A stretch of DNA of 32,000 nucleotides, from assembly GCF_000020025.1 (NCBI RefSeq), contig NC_010628.1, forward strand, positions 4,770,001 through 4,802,000. Direction: 5' to 3'. Below the pieces are notes generated by a model. That model ran no database searches, had not been told where the DNA came from, and saw only the letters and a program-made list of their open reading frames with translations. Source of the stretch: Nostoc punctiforme PCC 73102 (GTDB lineage: Bacteria > Cyanobacteriota > Cyanobacteriia > Cyanobacteriales > Nostocaceae). Shown here piece after piece: positions 25,193-32,000 of the stretch (positions are counted from its first letter, which is position 1; every line of letters begins with the position of its first letter). Position numbers and translations under genes: made by a program.

Positions 25193-26632
25193 ATGCGGAT
25201 TCTATTTGTTGCAGCAGAAGCAGCACCCATTGCGAAAGTAGGAGGAATGGGTGATGTTGTTGGGGCATTACCCAAATTTCTGAGAGAAATGGGGCATGAT
25301 GTGCGGATATTCTTGCCTTACTATGGCTTCCTGCCAGACAAAATGGAAATTCCCAAAGAACCCATCTGGCGGGGGTCTGCCATGTTCCAGGAATTTGCTG
25401 TTTATGAAAGCGTTCTGCCTGGTACTGATGTTCCCTTGTACTTATTTGGACATCCCGTCTTCCTACCTCGCCGCATTTATTCTGGAGATGATGAAGACTG
25501 GCGGTTCACTTTCTTTTCCAATGGTGCAGCCGAGTTTGCCTGGAATTACTGGAAACCAGACATTATCCATTGTCATGACTGGCATACGGGAATGATTCCT
25601 GTATGGATGCACCAAGATCCAGATATCACCACAGTGTTTACCATTCATAACCTGGCTTATCAAGGGCCCTGGCGTTGGTATTTAGAAAAAATTACTTGGT
25701 GTCCTTGGTATATGCAAGGACACAACACAATGGCCGCAGCAGTGCAATTTGCCAATAAGGTAAATACAGTTTCGCCCACTTATGCCGAGCAAATCAAGAC
25801 ACCTGCTTATGGTGAAACCTTAGAAGGTTTGCTGTCTTTTATTAGCGGTAAGTTATCCGGGATTATCAACGGGATTGATACTGAAGTTTATAATCCCGAA
25901 GATGACAAATATATTGCTCAAACCTTCACTACTGAGACTTTAGATAAACGCAAAGCTAACAAAATTGCTTTGCAAGAAGAAGTAGGATTAGAAGTCAATT
26001 CTAAAGCCTTTTTAATTGGAATTGTTACCCGATTAGTGGAACAAAAAGGTATTGATTTGATCTTGCAAATCCTCGATCGCTTCCTATCTTATACAGATGC
26101 ACAGTTTGTTTTATTGGGAACAGGCGATCGCTACTATGAAACTCAGATGTGGCAATTAGCATCTCGTTTTCCCGGACGCATGGCAACTTACTTACTGTAT
26201 AACGATGCCCTGTCTCGCCGCATCTATGCTGGTACTGATGCCTTCTTGATGCCTAGTCGTTTTGAACCATGCGGTATTAGCCAAATGATGTCTTTGCGCT
26301 ACGGTTCTGTACCTATTGTTCGCCGCACAGGTGGATTAGTTGACACCGTAAGCCATCACGACCCCGAAAATGCCGCAGGCACCGGTTATTGCTTTGACCG
26401 CTATGAACCGCTAGACCTTTTCACTTGTATGATCCGAGCTTGGGAAGGCTTCCGTTTCAAACCGCAATGGCAAGAACTACAAAAACGGGGCATGAGTGAA
26501 GATTTTAGTTGGTATAAATCTGCTAAAGAGTACGTCAAGTTGTACAGGTCAATTTACGGTTTGCCAGAAGAAGAGGAGACACCAAAACCAGAGTTAGTCT
26601 TAAACGAAGCAGTTACCAATAGCAAGTCCTAA
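25193..26632 (+). CDS. glgA: Glycogen (starch) synthase
   Basis: 479 aa. [28 protein letters not shown] is the KxGG-type ADP-glucose motif. Also HCHDWHTG, and [12 protein letters not shown] in the C-terminal GT-B half. Confidence 0.93.
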   Translation: MRILFVAAEAAPIAKVGGMGDVVGALPKFLREMGHDVRIFLPYYGFLPDKMEIPKEPIWRGSAMFQEFAVYESVLPGTDVPLYLFGHPVFLPRRIYSGDDEDWRFTFFSNGAAEFAWNYWKPDIIHCHDWHTGMIPVWMHQDPDITTVFTIHNLAYQGPWRWYLEKITWCPWYMQGHNTMAAAVQFANKVNTVSPTYAEQIKTPAYGETLEGLLSFISGKLSGIINGIDTEVYNPEDDKYIAQTFTTETLDKRKANKIALQEEVGLEVNSKAFLIGIVTRLVEQKGIDLILQILDRFLSYTDAQFVLLGTGDRYYETQMWQLASRFPGRMATYLLYNDALSRRIYAGTDAFLMPSRFEPCGISQMMSLRYGSVPIVRRTGGLVDTVSHHDPENAAGTGYCFDRYEPLDLFTCMIRAWEGFRFKPQWQELQKRGMSEDFSWYKSAKEYVKLYRSIYGLPEEEETPKPELVLNEAVTNSKS

Positions 26633-26654
26633 ACTGCCTAAATAACTACTTTTT

Positions 26655-26711
26655 GAAACTCGTGACAGCATTGTTCAGATTAGTCTGAAGATGCTACTCA
26701 CGAGTTTTTTT
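26655..26711 (+). terminator. Rho-independent terminator of glgA
   Basis: GAAACTCGTGACAGCAT ... ATGCTACTCACGAGTTT forms a long imperfect stem, followed by T7. Confidence 0.7.
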
Positions 26712-27125
26712 GTTTTAGAAACTTGCCAATTTAACAGTATTTATATTTTATAGTTTAAGAAAATCGTCATAAGATTCACAAATATCTGTAGTCTAAACCA
26801 TCGGCTGATTCTATATAATTCGCTCAGAAAATTCATAATTATCTATATATTTCCTGACGCGATAGCTCATATCTATGGTAATATACCCCAGTTAGTTAAT
26901 TAGAACTAAAGTCAAATAATCCCGGACTATTTCCAATTTTTAGCTCGGAAAGTTGTTGTAAGTATCATAAAGCCTACATCTTTTGCTCCCTAACAATATT
27001 ACCTCCTCCTATTTTTGCTGCTTCTGAAGTTGGTACTTGAACTCGAAAGGAAACGATCAAAAAAACCTTGTCATTTACTGATTTAAACCATTTATTTAGT
27101 TTTTACAACTAAACCTGCGAATGCT

Positions 27126-28217
27126 ATGAACAAACAATTAAACTTACTACAAGTATATCGTGGTATAGCTGCTGCACTTGTAGTTTTAACCCACGCGAAC
27201 AAAATAATTTCTCGTGAACTACAGCAAGATAAATTATTGCAAATATTTCATTTCGGTTGGATAGGCGTAGATTTCTTTTTCGTACTCAGTGGATTTATTA
27301 TATTTTATATTCATCAATCTGATATAGGCAAACCGAATAAGTTTAAGTCCTTCGCATTTAAAAGGTTTATCCGCGTATATCCATTATATTGGAGTATTTT
27401 AACTATCAAAATCATAGTTTCTCTATTTAATACTGATACGACGAATAGCATTTATCAGCGAAGTGCAGGCGAAATTATCAAGGCTGTTTTATTGCTACCT
27501 CAAGACCGTTCTATTCTAGATGCTACTTTTATTGGTGTCAGCTGGACGCTGAGTTATGAAGTTTTTTTCTATTCTATATTCGGTCTACTCATTCTGATCA
27601 ACACAAAAATTTGCCAGCCGATAATTTTTGGTTGGATTATTGGCATAATTCTTAAGCTCTTTAACTTATTACCAATCGGGGACAATTTTCTGCTTAATTT
27701 TATATTTGACGAACATAATCTAGAATTCCTGCTGGGTTGTTTAGCTGCTTATACAATATCTAAATATCGATTTAAGTTTGGAACATCGTTAATTTACGCT
27801 TCAATTTTTATGCTGATGATATCAATCATAAATACAAAATATAAGGAATATAATGTTTCTGGTATCCCTACATTGATAGCTTACGGTATTCCATTTATGC
27901 TCCTGATTATAGGATCTGTTTATTTAGAACTATCAAAGACAATCAATATACCTCCAGTTCTAATTTATATAGGCAATGCGTCTTATTCCATATATTTAGC
28001 GCATGGCTTTTTATTAAATATAACAGCTAAAGTTTTTACAAAAATTATAGAAAAGTTAAATATATTACACTTGATTGAAAGTCAGATCGTATATTGCAAT
28101 GCTATCGCATCTATAATTGTTGTAATAGCAGTATTTATGGGATGTCTAATCCATTCGTATCTGGAAAAGCCATTAATTACAAATCTAAGGAAAAGGGTAT
28201 TTGCCAACATGAACTGA
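27126..28217 (+). CDS. Integral-membrane acyltransferase family 3 protein (O-acyltransferase of glycans or similar)
   Basis: 363 aa with ~10 hydrophobic segments. The N-terminal LQVYRGIAAALVVLTH ... GVDFFFVLSGFII is typical of Acyl_transf_3. The gene and its flanks are visibly more AT-rich than neighbouring genes. Confidence 0.8.
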   Translation: MNKQLNLLQVYRGIAAALVVLTHANKIISRELQQDKLLQIFHFGWIGVDFFFVLSGFIIFYIHQSDIGKPNKFKSFAFKRFIRVYPLYWSILTIKIIVSLFNTDTTNSIYQRSAGEIIKAVLLLPQDRSILDATFIGVSWTLSYEVFFYSIFGLLILINTKICQPIIFGWIIGIILKLFNLLPIGDNFLLNFIFDEHNLEFLLGCLAAYTISKYRFKFGTSLIYASIFMLMISIINTKYKEYNVSGIPTLIAYGIPFMLLIIGSVYLELSKTINIPPVLIYIGNASYSIYLAHGFLLNITAKVFTKIIEKLNILHLIESQIVYCNAIASIIVVIAVFMGCLIHSYLEKPLITNLRKRVFANMN

Positions 28218-28430
28218 GACTCTTAACTAAGAGGTTGTTTGAAAAGTGTTTCCCTATGAATTTAGATACTTTAGCTCCCCCCTAACCCCTCTTAAAAAGT
28301 TTCGCCTTACTCTTTTTAATAAGGCTATCTTTATTTACTCCGACCTATTTAGCACTCTTTCTTAAAACTGGGAATCAAAAAGTAATTCCCTAATTTGCAA
28401 ATCTAGATATGCTAAAGGTTTCAACATTTA

Positions 28431-28467
28431 ATTACTAACAAAATATTTCAAATACTTTGTTAGTAAT
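28431..28467. terminator. Hairpin in the spacer between the convergent acyltransferase gene and cpeY
   Basis: 12-bp perfect stem ATTACTAACAAA / TTTGTTAGTAAT with a 13-nt loop. Confidence 0.4.
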
Positions 28468-28543
28468 AAATCGCTAAAACCCTTGTTGAATAAAGGTTTC
28501 TTTGCTTTGTCGAGAGTGGCGAAATAGGGTTAGTCTGGTTCGA

Positions 28544-29827
28544 TCAAACAGCAATATTGGCATTAGTCGTTGCTTTCGCCTTAATTAACCAATCACCATC
28601 ATGAATGCAAATTTCCCGACCGGATGAGTCTCCTAAACGGTCTAGCGCCAAGAAGCATGCATATTTCAAGTCCCAAATCGGCGTATTTAGACAAATTTTG
28701 ATTTCAGGAATTGCTCGTGAATCACCCAATTCACCAAGAGCGATCGCACACGCCGCACGAGATTTCTGAAACTGAGGTTCGCGATTGTGCAGGTTTTCTA
28801 TTAACAAATCGTAAGCGGGAGCATATTTCAGCCAGCCGAAAAGTTTCATGACATGATAATGAGCGCCATAATCGTTATATGCTTTATCCCCATAAGTTGT
28901 TAAAAGTGCTTGGGGTGCTTCTTGGGGATATATATCTAGTAAGGTTTTTGTCGCTAAATAGCAGCGTCCAAAATCAGTTTCGTAGAGTTCGTTAATAACA
29001 AAATCTAATACAGGGGTCGCGTCATACTCATGTACTAAATCAAGGTCGTTAGGATGATCGTAAAGTACTTTTTCTAAGTAAGGCTGAATTTCTGTAAAGG
29101 TAATTTCACCACTGGGAACGCCTGCATCCAAAAGCATCCGCAATCCTCGCAAGCGAAACACCAGAGATACAGGACAACGGGCAATTTCTGGGATGGCTTT
29201 GTAGTAGCATGCATCAATCAAGTCTTGAATGCAACCGCGCCGTGCATTGACGCTGGAACTTTGCAGCAGCGCCATCACCTCAGTTATTTGGGAGTAGTCA
29301 CCGCTAAAACGACAAACTGTAGCGATCGCAGCACTACGAGTAGGTTCGTCTTCAGCTTCAGTAAATTTATTTACACGTTCCAAGGACGGCTGATAGTCAG
29401 CATTCGCTAAAGTGTGAATAATAACTCGATAAATTTGACCTGGTTTATCCAGTAGTTGCGCCACTTCTTCGAGAATATCTGGATCTTTAGTCCCGATTTC
29501 CCCGATCGCCCACACGGTATTTTCAACAGTATAAATATCATCATCTTTAAGACACTGCCGAATTACAGGTAAAGCTGATTCAGCTTGCAATCGCCCCAGA
29601 CTTTCCACAGCCTTGCGTCGGACAATACGATGGTCTAACTCATCAGGGTTACTAGTTTCAATCGCTCGTACCAAAGCCGCGATCGACTGTTCAGTGGGAT
29701 AATTAATCAGATGGGAAACAGCAATATACTTATCAGAAGCATCTTCGAGTTGTTCTAATGGTGTATCGATAATTGCGATCGCTTGTTCTTCTGTTAGCCC
29801 AAACATTTTAAAAAAACGTTTATCCAT
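28544..29827 (-). CDS. cpeY: CpeY-like HEAT-repeat phycobilin lyase subunit
   Basis: 427 aa. The N-terminus MDKRFFKMFGLTEEQAIAII, the HEAT/PBS-lyase repeats (RRKAVESLGRL, VENTVWAIGEIG) and YETDFGRCYLA match my recollection of CpeY/MpeY-family proteins (~430 aa). Confidence 0.65.
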   Translation of the reverse strand: MDKRFFKMFGLTEEQAIAIIDTPLEQLEDASDKYIAVSHLINYPTEQSIAALVRAIETSNPDELDHRIVRRKAVESLGRLQAESALPVIRQCLKDDDIYTVENTVWAIGEIGTKDPDILEEVAQLLDKPGQIYRVIIHTLANADYQPSLERVNKFTEAEDEPTRSAAIATVCRFSGDYSQITEVMALLQSSSVNARRGCIQDLIDACYYKAIPEIARCPVSLVFRLRGLRMLLDAGVPSGEITFTEIQPYLEKVLYDHPNDLDLVHEYDATPVLDFVINELYETDFGRCYLATKTLLDIYPQEAPQALLTTYGDKAYNDYGAHYHVMKLFGWLKYAPAYDLLIENLHNREPQFQKSRAACAIALGELGDSRAIPEIKICLNTPIWDLKYACFLALDRLGDSSGREICIHDGDWLIKAKATTNANIAV

Positions 29828-29883
29828 TGATCTATAAATGGCTCGTGGATAATTGCTCAGAGTTCATGTTTACTATCGTACTA

Positions 29884-29897
29884 GGGACTGGGGACTG
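29884..29897. repeat. STRR1 heptamer (CCCCAGT, here as its complement) x2
   Basis: GGGACTG GGGACTG lies in the cpeY upstream region. The complement contains ACTGGGG/CCCCAGT. Confidence 0.7.
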
Positions 29898-30052
29898 CAA
29901 AATTTTTTTATGTAAGTCCTGTTAGATGGAAGTTGCTATGTCTAACGAAAACCGCTTTGCATCTTCGTAGCCATTTTAAAATGATAGAAGTCTTATAAGG
30001 CTCATATTTGATTTTTGCAAAGCTAGGTACAACAAAAAAAGCTTTCTTTCTC

Positions 30053-30095
30053 ATTGCCTATTGCCTATTGCCTTCTTTCCTCTTGCCTATTGCCT
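30053..30095. repeat. STRR-like heptamer repeat (ATTGCCT)n, interrupted
   Basis: ATTGCCT x3, then TCTTTCC TCTTGCCT, then ATTGCCT, ~45 nt upstream of the 30138 ATG. Confidence 0.85.
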
Positions 30096-30137
30096 TTTAA
30101 GCCAAACTAGTTCACAAATAAGAGCGGATGCCTATAT

Positions 30138-30938
30138 ATGAATGATTATTTAGATGACTACGAATTTAATAACCTCGATTTTTACAGAAAAAATCATGGT
30201 TTACAGCTTTATTACAACTGGTCTGGAGAAATTTGTTGGCAAGAAACACCAGATAAGCCACAAGAAAAATTATTCTCTATTATTGGGATGAATGCTACTA
30301 AAGTATTTCTCAAACCCGATCCTGAACATGGCGAAGTTGGGTATCGCATCAATAGAGAGTTGGGTTTATTTTGCGATCCAGATACTCAAGAAATTCTGCA
30401 CTCTTGGAAGTCACCAACAGCAAGTCAACCAGTACCAGTAGTTCACATTGCTAACCGAATTGTCCAAGGCTCAGTCAAACCAAAGAAATTTGTTATACCC
30501 AAAGGCAAGGGATACATTACCTCTGTTATGGAAATTCCTTTAGAATACCCACATCCCTTAGCAGGAGATAGTAAATATTTAGATTATTGCCCTGGAGAAA
30601 AGTTTAAGGGAGTTGAGTACTTTATATCAAATACTTGCCGACCTGATGCCACTGAAGTCCCTCCGGCTAAATGGGCGAGAGACTGTCCTTGGATGCCCTG
30701 GATGAAATTAGGATATGCTCATCCAGCTAAATTAAGATTTGAAACAACGATATTTAGAGTGGATTCTTTTGAGCAGCTTCATCCTAGCTTGGTCAACTTG
30801 GTGAGGGAAAAGGTACCAATTTATGAATTCACGCCAACAGAAAGTGACGAACCCAATGTGACGAGCATTCAATACTTTAAGAAAAATTTTGAATCCTACT
30901 TGCGAGGAGATATTTTCCCACTAGAGGAAAGATATTGA
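30138..30938 (+). CDS. Conserved hypothetical soluble protein (possibly DUF1838-like, unverified)
   Basis: 266-aa ORF with ATG start and coding-like composition. It is Trp/Pro/Tyr-rich and has no TM segment or signal peptide. I cannot place the family confidently. Confidence 0.6.
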   Translation: MNDYLDDYEFNNLDFYRKNHGLQLYYNWSGEICWQETPDKPQEKLFSIIGMNATKVFLKPDPEHGEVGYRINRELGLFCDPDTQEILHSWKSPTASQPVPVVHIANRIVQGSVKPKKFVIPKGKGYITSVMEIPLEYPHPLAGDSKYLDYCPGEKFKGVEYFISNTCRPDATEVPPAKWARDCPWMPWMKLGYAHPAKLRFETTIFRVDSFEQLHPSLVNLVREKVPIYEFTPTESDEPNVTSIQYFKKNFESYLRGDIFPLEERY

Positions 30939-31280
30939 GTGGTTGTTGTACAGTACTGAATCATTTTGCGTGATGTCTACGAGGCGCTATACCTAAGCAC
31001 TTGAACATAAGAACGCCTACAAAACTGATCAGAAGCTAGATTAAAGGCTGTAGTTGGGTACAACTTTTGAAAATTTCCACCAAAAAACTTTACCAGTGGT
31101 AACTCGATCTGAGAAGATCAGAATATAAGCATTTGTCAGCTATTAGTTAGTTGCTCTTGCCAATCGTTCCATTTTATGTATTTGCTAAGTGTTTATCTTT
31201 AGCAAGTAACCAAATATAAACGATAGTCGAACACTGACTACACATCATTCATATAAACACGCATTTAGGAAACAAAAGTT

Positions 31281-31520
31281 ATGGATGAAACCTCAGAATT
31301 CACAACAACCGATAACATAACTCCTCAAGATGTCGCCGAAGTGATTGCAGAACTTGAGCTATATCGGGAACGTTTAGTTCAAGAAACTACAGAAACAGCA
31401 AAACGAGCGAAGTTGATGAGAGTTAATGTTATGGCACAACTGGAGCCTGAACTTGCCAAAATTGATTCTGCTCTCCAAGAACTCCGTAATCAGCAAGCTT
31501 CCCTGAGCGTCAATAACTAG
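31281..31520 (+). CDS. Small coiled-coil protein, unknown function
   Basis: 79 aa with ATG start. Its stop lies 32 nt before the next ATG on the same strand. Heptad-like sequence: VAEVIAELELYRERLVQETTETAKRAKL ... LAKIDSALQELRNQ. Confidence 0.55.
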   Translation: MDETSEFTTTDNITPQDVAEVIAELELYRERLVQETTETAKRAKLMRVNVMAQLEPELAKIDSALQELRNQQASLSVNN

Positions 31521-31552
31521 TAATCATCTTGATAATTTAGCTAGAAGTCATA

Positions 31553-32000
31553 ATGCTCGACTCCAAAACTCAATCCGGGGAGGATTCGTTACATCTTTCC
31601 CAGGCAGAAACCGATGCAATACTAGCAACAGTGAATGAGCAATTAGGCTTAAAATCCTTCAACCCTGACGATCAAGAGCTACTCAAGCAGATGATTGAGA
31701 GTATGGGAGACGCACGGGGGATGGTTAGGTTGAGTTTTGCAGAGGCGCTGGGTAAAGTCGGTAAACCAGCGACCCCTTTGTTAATGGAAGCTGTGGCAAA
31801 TCACCCCAACCCAGTTGTACGCAGAGCCAGCGCTAAAACCCTGACACTGATTGCCGATCCGATCGCAGTTCCCACGTTGGTTAATGCGCTTCTAAATGAT
31901 GAAGATACGGTAGTCAAAACCTCTGCGGTGGGGGGGCTTGCCAAAATCGGTGAGGCAGCTGTGCCAGCATTACTGAAAATCTTAGCGTCAACTGAGTATC
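31553..32000 (+). CDS. HEAT-repeat (PBS-lyase-like) protein, N-terminal part; runs off the window
   Basis: Absent from the track because there is no stop. From the ATG at 31553 it reads MLDSKTQSGEDSLHL ... RLSFAEALGKVGKPATPLLMEAVANHPNPVVRRASAKTLTLIADPIAVPTLVNALLNDEDTVVKTSAVGGLAKIGEAAVPALLKIL. These are repeated VR..A...LG.IG...A.P.L units. Confidence 0.75.
   Translation, partial: MLDSKTQSGEDSLHLSQAETDAILATVNEQLGLKSFNPDDQELLKQMIESMGDARGMVRLSFAEALGKVGKPATPLLMEAVANHPNPVVRRASAKTLTLIADPIAVPTLVNALLNDEDTVVKTSAVGGLAKIGEAAVPALLKILASTEY

Noticed and set aside
25084-25663. ORFs 25084-25275 (minus), 25296-25595 (plus) and 25463-25663 (minus)
   Set aside because: They overlap glgA in other frames or antisense. 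glgA is unambiguous.
28094-28285. 63-aa plus-strand ORF overlapping the acyltransferase 3' end
   Set aside because: It is an out-of-frame overlap with the supported gene and has no motifs.
26640-28543. Calling the AT-rich acyltransferase region a mobile element or genomic island
   Set aside because: I could find no integrase, transposase, tRNA attachment site or flanking direct repeats. Only the compositional skew is reported.

Overview
The window looks like a chromosomal segment of a filamentous, heterocyst-forming (Nostocales-type) cyanobacterium. The HIP1 octamer GCGATCGC is scattered through genes and spacers, and STRR-like heptamer repeats sit in several intergenic regions. All family calls come from reading translated motifs and from memory of characterised proteins; no database search was possible.

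Gene content, left to right:
- 1-1928, minus strand: an operon of a small acidic protein plus a catalytically intact orthocaspase fused to a TM helix and a periplasmic solute-binding domain. The caspase gene runs off the window edge and is absent from the ORF track.
- 2333-6830: ilvD and a GAF-GAF-PAS hybrid histidine kinase.
- 7447-14217: a cluster of membrane and stress-flavoured genes. It holds a 1033-aa membrane protein with six or more tandem ~96-aa repeats, divergent from an internally duplicated YflT/glycine-zipper protein, a BON lipoprotein, a CURT1/CAAD protein and an acidic disordered protein.
- 14387-17666: a metallophosphoesterase, a DAG-kinase-family lipid kinase and an LprI/DUF1311 protein.
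- 17829-23577: a chromatic-acclimation locus with ccaR, G-box direct repeats, a cpeC-like rod linker, cpcL (cpcG2), a cpeR-like gene, a Uma2 gene remnant and a ccaS-like kinase.
- 23754-23893: a 21-nt tandem array.
- 24090-26632: hemC and glgA.
- 27126-28217: an AT-rich orphan acyltransferase-3 gene.
- 28544-32000: cpeY, a hypothetical gene, a small coiled-coil gene and a partial HEAT-repeat gene.

I found no tRNA, rRNA, CRISPR array, transposase or integrase.

The leads most worth follow-up are the small-protein/orthocaspase pair, the repeat-protein stress cluster, details of the CcaS/CcaR locus (a Cys-Leu GAF, a Cys-less LOV-like PAS, a hairpin before cpeR) and the 21-nt phased repeat array upstream of hemC.
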